Shown: positions 8,085 through 17,336, counted from the stretch's first letter. The stretch is DNA of 64,000 bases from a bacterium (GCA_036396895.1 DASWKB010000043.1:1366-65365); one strand, 5' to 3'. Numbers and translations: made by a program. Notes: a model not told the origin generated them from the sequence alone.

Positions 8085-9170
8085 TCACTTCCCCACGGAG
8101 AAGGACGTCCAGTCCATGGTCCGGCCCACGCTTGGGCCGAACTCGGGCCGGGCGATGAGCACCCAGACATCGGCCGTGACCGCGTACGTCAGGCCGGAGC
8201 TGAGCGGAGCGCCGTCGTAGAGCGCGGTGGTCTGCGTCAGGTCGTAATTCCCCAACTGCCAAATGGGGTCGCGTACCGCCAGGTCCCACAGCTTGACCAG
8301 GGACACGCCGATGCTGGAGGCGTCTCTCGCCGGGAGCGTCACGTCGGTCCAGGAGAACGCCGGGGTCGGGCTGACGGGCTCTCCGCTCGCGGGGTGGAGC
8401 ATCTGCACGTCCTCGAGCACGCTGCAGAGCAGCTCCGGAGAGCCGGCGCCCTCGTACCCATTGGCGTCGTAGGGCACGATGAAGTGCCGGTAGGTGCCCT
8501 TCTGCCATTCATGGCTCCCGCGCCGCTCGATCAGGGCGAGCTGCCCTCTCTCGCGGCTGATGTAGACGGTGACGCCCGGCTGTCCCAGGAAATCGGTATG
8601 CCATCCGTCCGGCAAATCTCCGCCGATGTCCTGATACAGTCTCAGGCCGGCATCACCCGGCTCCTGGAGATACACGTGGAAGCCCATCACGCGGGTATCG
8701 GTCGGCGGGTAGGACCACAAGAGCTGCTTGTCGGTGTGCAGCTCGAGATCCCAGCCCAACCCGAGCGGAACCATGGCGTGACCCAGCGCCCAGCTGACGC
8801 TGGTCCACTCGGGCGCCGGCAGGTCCACGACCGGCGGTGGCTCCGGATCCGGATCGGGCTCCGGGTCCGGCTCCGGGTCATCGGTCACGCGGATCACCCG
8901 GCCCTGGTTGCCGGTTTCGGACCGGTCACGGTCCTTGTCGTGCCCGTAGGGGTCCCGCATGTCGGGCTTGCCCATATTGCCCTGCCCGCGGGTGTCGTTC
9001 GGATTGTACCAGAAACCCTTCTTATTGGGATTGTCGCCGTTTCCGCCGGACTGCGCCAGCACGGGGCCGGCCCCAAGCGCCAGCACGAGCCAGCCCGCGA
9101 GCAGCAGCAAACACAACACCCTACCCCGTGATCCGGGATAGGGTTTGGCGAACCCGCTCACCAGAAACAT
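8085..9170 (-). CDS. secreted protein of unknown function (first gene of the pseudopilin operon)
   Basis: It has a signal peptide (RGRVLCLLLLAGWLVLALGAGPVLAQ) and a PEPDPEPDPDPEPPP linker. The start is moved to the ATG at 9170 because 9171-9200 of the track ORF belongs to the riboswitch aptamer. Confidence 0.6.
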   Translation of the reverse strand: MFLVSGFAKPYPGSRGRVLCLLLLAGWLVLALGAGPVLAQSGGNGDNPNKKGFWYNPNDTRGQGNMGKPDMRDPYGHDKDRDRSETGNQGRVIRVTDDPEPDPEPDPDPEPPPVVDLPAPEWTSVSWALGHAMVPLGLGWDLELHTDKQLLWSYPPTDTRVMGFHVYLQEPGDAGLRLYQDIGGDLPDGWHTDFLGQPGVTVYISRERGQLALIERRGSHEWQKGTYRHFIVPYDANGYEGAGSPELLCSVLEDVQMLHPASGEPVSPTPAFSWTDVTLPARDASSIGVSLVKLWDLAVRDPIWQLGNYDLTQTTALYDGAPLSSGLTYAVTADVWVLIARPEFGPSVGRTMDWTSFSVGK

Positions 9171-9255
9171 GCGTGTCGCAGCCAGGCTGCCATGGCTCAT
9201 GCCGTAGGCCCTGTAGCTTTGCGCCCCATCCTTTCGGATGGTTTGCCCACACCGC
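9171..9255 (-). ncRNA. c-di-GMP-I (GEMM-I) riboswitch aptamer
   Basis: The RNA reads gcggtgtgGGCAAACCauccGAAAggauGGGGCGCAAAGCuacaGGGCCUAcggcaugagccaugGCAGCCUGGCUGCgacacgc followed directly by AUG. It has the conserved GGCAAAC block, a GNRA-capped P2, the CGCAAAGC block and a GCnnGGnUnC 3' block. Confidence 0.8.
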
Positions 9256-9391
9256 CCGGGTTCGATGAATCTTGAGGGCCCCTGGCGGCTCCACGCAAAG
9301 GATCAAATAACAGGGAGGGCCATGCGTACGCCCGTATCCTCCCTAGCCAAAGCGTACCATATAGCCCAACTAAACGACAAGCCCGCCACAT

Positions 9392-9475
9392 CCGGGACAG
9401 TCACGGTTTTTCTTACTGGTTGATTCAGAAAGAGTTGGAACACCTGGCAAAAACCCGGGACTGTCCCGGGTTTTT
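9392..9475. repeat. REP pair (degenerate ccgggacagtcacgg plus perfect aaaaaCCCGGGACTGTCCCGGGttttt)
   Basis: The perfect copy at 9449-9475 lies 9 nt downstream of the stop at 9484 and also looks like a terminator. Confidence 0.8.
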
Positions 9476-9483
9476 GGCGGCAC

Positions 9484-9897
9484 TTATTTCGAGCGGACGG
9501 CGAGGCCCTCCGCGGTGAGAACGTTATACGGAATCGCGATGATGAACGGGATCACGCTGAAGGCGTTTTCGAGCCCGTAGCGCACGTAAATGACCGAGTC
9601 GGCGCCCGCCTGCCTGGCCCGCTCGCGCAGTTTGTCGTTCAGCATGTGGTAGCCTTCGCGCGTCACGCCGCTCACGTGGATGACGCCGATTTCCTCATAC
9701 GGCCGCGTTAGGTCGCCGGTCGTGAGGACGACCGGCGCGTTCGGCGTGAGAGCCTGATGCCGAGTGCCCGGATTGAGCAGTACGAAATCGTTCCGGCCGG
9801 CCGCGCAACCCGCCAGCGCCATCGACAGGAACGCAATCCCACATGCGGCATGCCGTATTCGGAATGCGGAATCGTCTCGCCGATCGCCGCTCCGCAT
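9484..9897 (-). CDS. lipoprotein (YbjQ/UPF0145-like C-terminal region possible)
   Basis: Lipobox FLSMALAGC and GADSVIYVRYG. The start is chosen at 9897, 8 nt after the upstream stop. Confidence 0.55.
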   Translation of the reverse strand: MRSGDRRDDSAFRIRHAACGIAFLSMALAGCAAGRNDFVLLNPGTRHQALTPNAPVVLTTGDLTRPYEEIGVIHVSGVTREGYHMLNDKLRERARQAGADSVIYVRYGLENAFSVIPFIIAIPYNVLTAEGLAVRSK

Positions 9898-9904
9898 GTG
9901 CGGA

Positions 9905-10573
9905 TCAGCGGTTGTGGCCGGGCGCGGAGGCGCTCCGGCCGTGCTCACCGCCGTACCCGAGAACCCCGCCGGCCGCTCCGGATCCCATGGCGTGCGCCGG
10001 AGGACCGGACGACCCGCCGCCGCCGCGCGTCACGGACTGGCCCGGCGCCGACGTCAAGCCGGTCGCCCGAGCGGAGCCCTGACCGCGCGATGTGCCCTCC
10101 CGGCTCACCGACTGTGCGGCTGCTCCTTCATCCGGTGCGGGAAGCGCGGATGACCCATCGCTCCCTGGCCGGTTGACCGTCCCGAGCTTGGTTCCCAACT
10201 CCTGCGAGATCTGCCCCCAACCGAGCTTCTGCTCCGTCCGCATCGCCACCACCTGGTCGATGTTCTCCTGCGTGGCGCCGCCGGGGAGCTGCTCCGCGAG
10301 CGACAGCGCATGGTGAATTTCGCCGAAGCCGAACTGCTCCTGCCTGAGGTCGCCGATGACGCTCTCCTCGACTCCGAACTCGCCCGCCAGCTGCTGGGTG
10401 ACCTTGGCGACGCCCTCCGGAGTACTCGCCTGCTCGTCCAAATCTGACGGCGGCTCTTCGACAGCAGGCGGTTCAGTGACGGGCGGCTCCGTGTCCTGCG
10501 CCAGCACGGGTGAAACGGCCAGCATGCCGACCGCCGCCACGAGTATGAGGTATCCTGCCCGAATCGGGATCAT
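9905..10573 (-). CDS. secreted protein, unknown function
   Basis: Signal peptide MIPIRAGYLILVAAVGMLAVSPVLAQ, an acidic Pro-rich N-terminal part and a Gly/Ser-rich tail. RBS: gaggaggg. Confidence 0.55.
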   Translation of the reverse strand: MIPIRAGYLILVAAVGMLAVSPVLAQDTEPPVTEPPAVEEPPSDLDEQASTPEGVAKVTQQLAGEFGVEESVIGDLRQEQFGFGEIHHALSLAEQLPGGATQENIDQVVAMRTEQKLGWGQISQELGTKLGTVNRPGSDGSSALPAPDEGAAAQSVSREGTSRGQGSARATGLTSAPGQSVTRGGGGSSGPPAHAMGSGAAGGVLGYGGEHGRSASAPGHNR

Positions 10574-10608
10574 GCGTCCCTCCTCTGGTTCTGGATCAGC
10601 TCACGGAC

Positions 10609-10660
10609 ATGACAAGTCTACCCGGCAGGGCATGACAGCCCCATGACGCCAGGATGACAA
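10609..10660 (-). promoter_or_regulatory. Pho-box-like array of TGTCAT heptads at 11-bp phasing
   Basis: The reverse strand reads TTGTCATcctgGCGTCATggggCTGTCATgccc...cTTGTCATg. It lies 36-87 nt upstream of the ATG at 10573. Confidence 0.5.
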
Positions 10661-10687
10661 ACCCGTCACCCGGACTCCCGTTCGGCG

Positions 10688-11551
10688 TCACTGCCCCAGA
10701 GGCAGCATCTTCTTGAGGGAGTCCGTGGTCTGCTGGACCGTGTGGGATGCGCCCTCAAGGGCGTCCTTACCGGCTTCCTTCACGTCTTTGGTGGCGGACT
10801 CGAGCTGTTTGGCGGCCTGCGCCTGGGCGCCCTTCGTGGCGTCCACCGCTCCGCTCACCGCTCCGGTGGCCCGCTGCACCTGAGAGCCGAATTGGGCCTG
10901 CACGGCGGTGACGTCGATGCCCGTCAATCTTGCCACGCTGGTGTTCATCAGCGCCCGGCTGACGATCAGGCCCGCCAGCACCTGCGGGTTCGTGATGTCC
11001 CGGTAATGCTCATCCAGATTGAGCGCGAACTCCTGGACCTGGGGCGTCTCGCCCTTGGTGTAATCCTTGTAGATCACCCGCCCGACTTTGAGGTGCAGGT
11101 GGTCGATGGTGAGCGCCGAGCCCGGCCCTCCCGCTTCCTGGGCCGGCTCACCCTTCGCCGGCGTCTTGGACTGCTGCACGACCTCGAGCGAGTTCAGATT
11201 GACCGACCCGTCCTTGTTCTTCACGACCATGAACTCCTTCAGATTGAGGCGCACCTCTTCCAAATGCACTCGCCCTCCGAAGAAGCCAGGCAAATCGTAG
11301 TCGACGAAGATCTCGGGCAGGTCCACCATCACCGGATCAGTGAACCCGGGTGGATTCTTCACCTGGAGCCCGTAGATCCCCACCGCGGACCGGAGGAGCC
11401 CCACGTCCATCTTCGCGACGCGAAGGTCCAGCCCCGTCATGGCCTTGACCCCGCCTTGAATCGCCGCCTTGGCAATCAGATTCTTGCCCAGGACCAGCAC
11501 GACCACCAGGATCACCACCACGAACAGCAATTTCTTGAGTACGCCCATCAT
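10688..11551 (-). CDS. N-terminally membrane-anchored protein (AsmA/DUF748-like by composition), unknown function
   Basis: MMGVLKKLLFVVVILVVVLVLGK is a TM anchor. The body is beta-rich and the tail is Ala/Gln/Lys-rich and helical. Confidence 0.55.
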   Translation of the reverse strand: MMGVLKKLLFVVVILVVVLVLGKNLIAKAAIQGGVKAMTGLDLRVAKMDVGLLRSAVGIYGLQVKNPPGFTDPVMVDLPEIFVDYDLPGFFGGRVHLEEVRLNLKEFMVVKNKDGSVNLNSLEVVQQSKTPAKGEPAQEAGGPGSALTIDHLHLKVGRVIYKDYTKGETPQVQEFALNLDEHYRDITNPQVLAGLIVSRALMNTSVARLTGIDVTAVQAQFGSQVQRATGAVSGAVDATKGAQAQAAKQLESATKDVKEAGKDALEGASHTVQQTTDSLKKMLPLGQ

Positions 11552-11588
11552 TTGGATCCTCCGTTCATGCCGTGCCCCGTTCCCGGGG

Positions 11589-12125
11589 TCAGGGTGCCCG
11601 TACGGTGTGCAAGAGCGCGATGAAGTCGTCCTGGGCGGCGCTCAGCGTGGCGTCGGGACCCGTCGCCTTGATGAACCACGGGCCGCCGGGGCCCTCGATG
11701 ACCGCGCCGAACAATCGCGATCCCGGCTGCGCCTTTGCCGGGCCCATGCCCATCATCCCCGCCTTGAGCGTGCCGGCTGTCTCCACCCAGGTCACCTGCA
11801 ACCCGCCCACGTCGAACTGCGCCCGCGACGGCTTCGTTCCCGGCGCCGGCTCCACCTGCCCGAGCCAGCGTTCGAGGTTCGCCTCGACCCCGCCGCCGCC
11901 ACCGGGCCCGAAATGGAACACCGCGAGCTCGCCGGCGCCCGCTTCGCCTGGAATCGCCGCCTGCGCCAGACGCATGCCGGAACTCGGCGCCTGCTGCACC
12001 CACCCGTCGGGAAGATCGAACGCCAGTCCCTGTGCCTTGACGGTATCCGTCCACCCGGACCGCGCCCATGCAGCCGACATCACCGCTACGGCCAGCGCCC
12101 ATGCCCATCCGCCGCGCATTCGCAT
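11589..12125 (-). CDS. secreted protein, unknown function
   Basis: MRMRGGWAWALAVAVMSAAWA is a signal peptide. The track ORF 11589..12413 is trimmed because its N-terminus reads through the repeat elements. Confidence 0.5.
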   Translation of the reverse strand: MRMRGGWAWALAVAVMSAAWARSGWTDTVKAQGLAFDLPDGWVQQAPSSGMRLAQAAIPGEAGAGELAVFHFGPGGGGGVEANLERWLGQVEPAPGTKPSRAQFDVGGLQVTWVETAGTLKAGMMGMGPAKAQPGSRLFGAVIEGPGGPWFIKATGPDATLSAAQDDFIALLHTVRAP

Positions 12126-12226
12126 TCTGTCGAACCTCCCGTGGTGTGGAGCACGCTCGTGCTCGAACTCCGGAACACCCATTTTAGCACACGGGAGAAT
12201 CGGCCGCGAATGCTCCCCGGCGACGG

Positions 12227-12375
12227 GGGTGTCTCGGTTTGACACCACAGATGCCACAGAGCGTTCACCCTGCTTCGCGCCCTGTGCTTCGCAGGGCAGG
12301 CAGAGGCACAGCGAGAGCCGATGCCAACCGTTCTCTGTGCCTCTGTGGAGCTGTTCCTCTGTGTCTCTGTGGTGT
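12227..12375. repeat. intergenic repeat, family B (copy 2, with about 50-nt internal insertion)
   Basis: See 4932-5030. It is directly followed by the family C copy, forming a roughly 340-bp repeat island. Confidence 0.75.
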
Positions 12376-12414
12376 CGAAGATGACATTGAGACACTACTC
12401 GGGCGACCAGCACC

Positions 12415-12570
12415 CTCCTCCGGGACAGGGGCGGGACGTGTCGTGCAATCGTTGAACAGGCTTCTACTTTCCAGCTTCCAACCTCCAGCCTCCAGCCTCA
12501 GACCCGTGTTGACGCACATGCTCCCTGTCCCTCGTCCCATGTCCCATGTTCCTTGTCCCTTGTCTCATGT
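12415..12570. repeat. MITE-like structured repeat, family C (copy 2; core 12433-12530)
   Basis: By eye the 98-nt core differs from 5936-6033 at only 2 positions (ccagcctccagcctcaagcctc vs ccaacctccagcctccagcctc). Confidence 0.8.
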
Positions 12571-12590
12571 CCCAATGAATGCATCAGTTG

Positions 12591-12599
12591 TGTTACAAT
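12591..12599 (+). promoter_or_regulatory. extended -10 element TGtTACAAT
   Basis: It sits in an AT-rich patch (cagttgTGtTACAATaatatt) about 110 nt upstream of the aldolase ATG. The same TGnTACAAT form recurs at 46533-46525 and 51625-51617. Confidence 0.4.
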
Positions 12600-12707
12600 A
12601 ATATTCCTGCCCGCGCATCTGCGGGGTTCCCCGGCGATCCGATTCGGCGACGGGGCCGCGCCACACGGCGGGCGGATCACAACGCGACGATCCAACGGGA
12701 GGCTGGC

Positions 12708-13778
12708 ATGGCAGGCATCGATTCGATCCGGAAGGCGCTGGGCGGAGACGCGGACGCGCTGCTCAAGTTCTCGGACCCCAAGGTCAAGAAGGACCGGCTG
12801 CACCTGCCCGGCCCCGATTGGGTGGATCGGATCTTCGGGCCCAGCGACCGCTCGACGCCCGTGCTGCGCAGTCTGCAGGCCCTGTTCGGACACGGCCGGC
12901 TCGCGGGGACGGGGTACCTCTCCATTCTGCCGGTCGACCAGGGGATCGAGCATTCGGCGGCCGCCTCGTTCGCGCCGAACCCGGACTACTTCGACGCGGA
13001 GAACATCGTCAAGCTCGCCGTCGAGGGCGGCTGCAACGCCGTCGCCTCGACGCTGGGCGTGCTGGGCTCGGTCGCGCGCCGCTACGCCCCCAAGATCCCC
13101 TTCATCCTCAAAATCAACCACAACGAGCTGATGACCTACCCGAACAAGTACGACCAGATCCTGTTCGCCAACGTCCAGCAGGCGCAGGACATGGGTGCCG
13201 TTGCGGTGGGAGCGACGATCTACTTCGGCTCGGAGGGGAGCGCCCGCCAGATCGTCGAGATCAGCCAGGCATTCCATGCCGCGCACCAGCTCGGCATGGC
13301 GACGATTTTGTGGTGCTATCTGAGGAACAGCGCCTTCAAGCAGGACGTGGACTACCACCTCGCGGCGGACCTGACCGGCCAGGCCAACCACCTGGGCGTC
13401 ACCATCGAGGCGGACATCATCAAGCAGAAGCTGCCGGAGAACACCGGCGGCTACCCCGCCCTGAATAAAGAGCAGAGCTACGGCAAGACCCACCAGAAGG
13501 TCTACACCGACCTCTCGAGCGACCACCCCATCGATTTGTGCCGCTACCAGGTGCTCAACTGCTACGCCGGCAGGATGGGGCTCATCAACTCGGGTGGGGC
13601 GTCGTCGGGCGAGAACGATCTCGGCGAGGCCGCCCGCACGGCGGTCATCAACAAGCGCGCCGGCGGCCTGGGGCTGATCAGCGGCCGCAAAGCCTTCCAG
13701 CGTCCGATGGCGGAGGGCGTCAAGCTCCTCAACGCCATCCAGGACGTCTATCTCTGCAAGGACGTCACCGTCGCCTGA
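12708..13778 (+). CDS. fbaB: class I fructose-bisphosphate aldolase (FbaB/DhnA type)
   Basis: The sequence runs [12 protein letters not shown]...[13 protein letters not shown]...ILKINHN...IIKQKLP...SGRKAFQRP. It resembles the E. coli FbaB family along its full length. Confidence 0.85.
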   Translation: MAGIDSIRKALGGDADALLKFSDPKVKKDRLHLPGPDWVDRIFGPSDRSTPVLRSLQALFGHGRLAGTGYLSILPVDQGIEHSAAASFAPNPDYFDAENIVKLAVEGGCNAVASTLGVLGSVARRYAPKIPFILKINHNELMTYPNKYDQILFANVQQAQDMGAVAVGATIYFGSEGSARQIVEISQAFHAAHQLGMATILWCYLRNSAFKQDVDYHLAADLTGQANHLGVTIEADIIKQKLPENTGGYPALNKEQSYGKTHQKVYTDLSSDHPIDLCRYQVLNCYAGRMGLINSGGASSGENDLGEAARTAVINKRAGGLGLISGRKAFQRPMAEGVKLLNAIQDVYLCKDVTVA

Positions 13779-13796
13779 GGCGCTCCCGGCACCATA

Positions 13797-13836
13797 GCGG
13801 GACAGTCACCAAGAAATCCGGGACTGTCCCGGGTTG
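13797..13836. repeat. REP doublet (gggacagtcacc ... tccgggactgtcccggg)
   Basis: It lies between the convergent stops at 13778 and 13839. Confidence 0.8.
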
Positions 13837-13838
13837 TT

Positions 13839-15536
13839 TCACTCGGCGTATTGCTCCGGCCGGCCCATCTCGCGCAGCAGCGCGTTGATTTCCCGCTTCA
13901 GCTCCACGACCCGGTCTTCGCGCGAGAGCATCCCCCTGTTCTGGACTTCAAGTTCCCGGTGGCTCACCAGCAGGGCCTGTTCAGCCGTCTTGCGGTCGTG
14001 GATGTCGCTGATCATGCCCACCCATTCGCGCAGCGTCCCGTCCGGCTGCAGGAGCGGCACCCCGCGGACCAGGACGTGCCGGTAGGCGCCCGTCGGCTGG
14101 TGCCAGATGCGCATTTCAGTCTCCATGATCGCGCGCCGGCGGACCGCCTCGCGCCACGTCGCCATCATCGCGTCACGGTCATCTTCATGGTACATGGCCA
14201 GCCACCCGAACTCCCGCGCCGCCTCAGGCGCCTGGCCCGTGTAGGCCTGCCAGCCGGGCGCCTCGCCGGAAGCGCGTCCCTCGGCGTCCGTGCTCCACAC
14301 GATGGCCGCGGAGGCACTGACGAGCGAGTGGTAGCGCTCTTCACTGCGATCCCGTTCCTGCTCCGCGCGGTGGCGGGCGGTCATGTCCCGCAGCACCACC
14401 TGAATACGGTCCAGCCGCCCCTCGCGCGTCAGCAGCCTCGGGTTGACTTCATACACCAGCGCGCGGCCGCCGACGACGAAGGTCAGTTCATACGGCGGAC
14501 GGGTCACGCCCGCCAGCGCGAACGCGAATTCCTCACTCGCTGTGAGGAGCGAGTGGGGCGTCAAGACCCCCAGCGCCTGGAACGGCTGATTCAGGACCTC
14601 CGACGCCGGCCGCCCGAGGATGTGTTCGACGACCTTGTTGACCGAGCGGACCCGCCCATCCGGGCTGAGCGTGATGATCGGATCCGGCGCCTCGTCCACC
14701 AGCATCGCGTTCTGCTTCTGGCTCTCGATGAGCGCGCGCTCGATGGCCTTGCGCTCGGTGATGTCTGCCGCGATGCCGGCGGCCCTGGCGACGAGGCCGT
14801 CCGCGTCTCGCACCGGCACGGCCCGGTCGTGAATCCAGCGAACCTCCCCGTCGACGCGAACGATCCGGTATTCCACCGACAGCGGCAGCCCGTCCAGGAT
14901 GTGCGCCCGCGCCTCGCGCACCCGCCCGCGGTCCTCAGGATGCACGAGCTCCAGCTGCGATTGCGGAGCGAGGATGAGACTCTCGCGGCTGCGTCCCCAG
15001 ATCAGCTCATAGGCCCGATTCACGAAGAAAAACTTCCGGTAATCCGGCGTGCACGAATAACAGACCTCCGGAATGGCATTGGCAAGCTCCTCGAACCGGG
15101 TTTCGGCGGTCTCGAGGGCGGTGCGGGCCTGCGCGCGCCCGGATGCCAGGGCGGCCTCCCGCAGCAACCGCCGTACCGATGGCACGAGTTGCTCCAGCTG
15201 AGTATTGAGCACGTACTCGGTCAACGTCGTGCCGGGAGGCACCCGGACGGTGCCGGCGCCGCCCGGCACGCTGTGCACGCACACGAAGGGGACGTCCGGA
15301 TGGTGCTCCCGGGTCAGGGCATGCGCCTCCAGGCCGTTGAGGCCTGACGTGGCGTCATCCGAGAGCACCAGCATGGGAGCCGACTGTGCGAGCGCGCGGC
15401 GGAACGCCTCCGCCGTCTCCACCCAGCGGACGTTCAGGGCGATGCCGACCTGCCGGAGCTGATGCTCGATCAGCTCGGCCGTCTGGGCATCGTTGGTCAG
15501 CACGAGCGCGAGGTGTTCCTGACGCAGCGCTCCCAT
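13839..15536 (-). CDS. signal-transduction protein: receiver-like N-terminus plus multiple PAS domains, no recognisable output domain
   Basis: At least three PAS-like blocks are present (RWIHDRAVPVRDADG, GRVRSVNKVVEHILG, RIWHQPTGAYRHVLVRGVPLLQPDG). The C-terminus is a coiled coil. Confidence 0.75.
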   Translation of the reverse strand: MGALRQEHLALVLTNDAQTAELIEHQLRQVGIALNVRWVETAEAFRRALAQSAPMLVLSDDATSGLNGLEAHALTREHHPDVPFVCVHSVPGGAGTVRVPPGTTLTEYVLNTQLEQLVPSVRRLLREAALASGRAQARTALETAETRFEELANAIPEVCYSCTPDYRKFFFVNRAYELIWGRSRESLILAPQSQLELVHPEDRGRVREARAHILDGLPLSVEYRIVRVDGEVRWIHDRAVPVRDADGLVARAAGIAADITERKAIERALIESQKQNAMLVDEAPDPIITLSPDGRVRSVNKVVEHILGRPASEVLNQPFQALGVLTPHSLLTASEEFAFALAGVTRPPYELTFVVGGRALVYEVNPRLLTREGRLDRIQVVLRDMTARHRAEQERDRSEERYHSLVSASAAIVWSTDAEGRASGEAPGWQAYTGQAPEAAREFGWLAMYHEDDRDAMMATWREAVRRRAIMETEMRIWHQPTGAYRHVLVRGVPLLQPDGTLREWVGMISDIHDRKTAEQALLVSHRELEVQNRGMLSREDRVVELKREINALLREMGRPEQYAE

Positions 15537-15868
15537 GCTCGTCCGCGCTCCTCACTGTGTCCGTCACAGGCACGCGCACCGGACATGATCCGGCACGACA
15601 CCGGTTCGATGCCGCATGCGGGGCGAGTGTCGAATGAACCGGCGGGCGCCAGCGATGTCGGCTGAGGTGCGCGAGGGCTGCGCAGCGCTCGTGCGGCGCG
15701 TCGATTGCGGCTCAAGCGTTCCACCGCCGATGACGGAGCTCACAGCTCCGTTCGCGTATTGCGGACATGGCATACCCTGCGCCGCTCAGCTCCCCGTCTC
15801 GCAATCATCCCGCCGCAACCATATGATGCGTATCATACGACATCGGCCGCGAGAGGGCTCAGCGGAAA

Positions 15869-16672
15869 TCAACCCCGGGGAGTGTGCGCGGATACGGCCG
15901 CGACTGGATGGCGAGCGAGCAGGATCTCCAGCCGGCTGGCGTGCGAGCGCTCTTCCATGACCAGCTCCTGGAGATGCATGCGCTTCCACGCGTCTGGAAA
16001 GTCCTGCTCGAAATCCCGGTAGAAGTGCTCCATGACGCGCTCCTGCTCGATGGCGTAGCGGAGCATCGCGTCCACCGGAGCATTGGCCGGCGGGGCCGTC
16101 TGAAAGATGCCCCTGACGCGCATTTCCTGATCGAGCAGCGCCAGGGTGGACTTCCCCATCGGGACGGTCAGCCACCGCCCGAGCGTGCGCTCGATGAGGG
16201 CCTGATGCTGCGCCTCGCGCCGGGCCAGCTCCTCGCACAACGACCGGATATCCGGAGACGACGCGCGGGAGGCGAGCTGAGCGTAGAAGGCCCGCCCCCG
16301 ATCCTCCATCAGCGCGCCCATCTGGAGCACGTCCCGCAGGCGGATCACCGGCTGGACATCGAAGTCCCGCACGAACCGGCCGTCCCTGGGGATCAGCATG
16401 AGCCAGTGCGCCCGGCTGAAGAAGAGGAACACGACGACGAGCACGCCGAGGAGCGCGCCGATCGCCGAGGAGGCGGCCGCGGGGAATGACCGCCATCCGA
16501 CGGACGGCCCGGCGGCCACGAGGACCGCCAGCGCCGCGAGGCCCGCGGCGCACCCCAGCACGACCGCGCTTTTACGCGCCGCGCGGACGACCGGGTACAT
16601 GACGAGCGCGAATCCGATCACCACGAGGAACGCCATGCCTGCCGTGCTCAACGGTCCCGTCGCCTGGCCCAT
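15869..16672 (-). CDS. membrane protein with C-terminal ferritin-like/rubrerythrin-like domain
   Basis: Three or four N-terminal TM helices are followed by paired E..H-type helices (EDRGRAFYAQL...REAQHQALIE; EQERVMEHFY...EERSHASRLE). Confidence 0.55.
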   Translation of the reverse strand: MGQATGPLSTAGMAFLVVIGFALVMYPVVRAARKSAVVLGCAAGLAALAVLVAAGPSVGWRSFPAAASSAIGALLGVLVVVFLFFSRAHWLMLIPRDGRFVRDFDVQPVIRLRDVLQMGALMEDRGRAFYAQLASRASSPDIRSLCEELARREAQHQALIERTLGRWLTVPMGKSTLALLDQEMRVRGIFQTAPPANAPVDAMLRYAIEQERVMEHFYRDFEQDFPDAWKRMHLQELVMEERSHASRLEILLARHPVAAVSAHTPRG

Positions 16673-16717
16673 GCCGCACCTCCCCGTTGACCGATGGAGT
16701 TCGAGCTTGCCGAGCGC

Positions 16718-17206
16718 TTAGGAGCGTTTCTTCTGGGACGCCGCGGAAGCGCCGTAGGCGTCGCGCAGCCTGAGGCGGGTCGCCTGGAGACGCTGCCCGA
16801 TGACCTCGATGGTCCGTTTCAGGAGCTCATGGCTCAACTCGAGGTCCTCCCGGCAGCGCGCCCTGAGCGCGTCGGCGTCGATCCGGATCGCGTGCGTCGG
16901 CTCGAGCGTTTTGGCATCGAACCGCTTCTTTCTCGGCGGGGCCGCCCATGACCACCCCAGCACTTCTCCGGGACCGAGCTTCTGCAGGGGAATGCCGCTT
17001 TCTCCCGGCCAGAGGATCTCGACCGACACGAGTCCGGCGAGCAGCACATAGAATTCCTTCGCCTCCTGCCCTTCACGGTAGATATATTCCCCTTCCTCGA
17101 AGTGGATGTCCGAGGCGCAGTCGGCGACGCATTTGAGGTGTCTGGGCTGGAAACCGGAGAAAAACGGGTGCGCGCGCAATTGCTCAATGATGGCGTTCGT
17201 GTCCAT
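16718..17206 (-). CDS. cyclic-nucleotide-binding domain protein
   Basis: MDTNAIIEQLRAHPFFSGF...GEYIYREGQEAKEFYVLLAGLVSVE...LGPGEVLGWS. Confidence 0.8.
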   Translation of the reverse strand: MDTNAIIEQLRAHPFFSGFQPRHLKCVADCASDIHFEEGEYIYREGQEAKEFYVLLAGLVSVEILWPGESGIPLQKLGPGEVLGWSWAAPPRKKRFDAKTLEPTHAIRIDADALRARCREDLELSHELLKRTIEVIGQRLQATRLRLRDAYGASAASQKKRS

Positions 17207-17336
17207 GAGAGCCTCCCGTTCGGATTCGTGTGCGATGCTCGTGGAATGCACCATCAGCTTACCCGCCCGGAATACCAGCTTCTATGACCTGCATCATATC
17301 CTTTTTCGAGTCCGCCTGCCACAATGCCGCGCAATC

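Noticed and set aside
9171-9200. First 10 codons (MSHGSLAATR) of the track ORF 8085..9200
   Set aside because: These nucleotides form the 3' half of the GEMM-I aptamer (GCAGCCUGGCUGCGACACGC). The ATG at 9170 still leaves a normal signal peptide.
9255-9272. tRNA T-arm-like string gggttcgatgaatc
   Set aside because: No acceptor stem or anticodon arm can be drawn around it. It lies in the 5' flank of the riboswitch. I found no tRNA genes in the window.
15819-15841. Recurrent CATATGA-N6-TCATA(T/C)G-like palindromes (also 32322-32341, 17291-17306, 20428-20440, 22600-22612)
   Set aside because: I first considered a shared operator. On the relevant coding strand, though, each reduces to a TATGAT -10-like hexamer at a sensible distance from a start codon. 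Ordinary promoters are the simpler explanation.
15537-15868. 330-nt gap upstream of the PAS protein gene, checked for a small gene or riboswitch
   Set aside because: It contains only a candidate -10 (gtcgTATGATacg, minus strand, near 15832) and a few short hairpins such as acggagct/gagctccgt. No conserved RNA motif that I recognise is present, and no ORF has an RBS.
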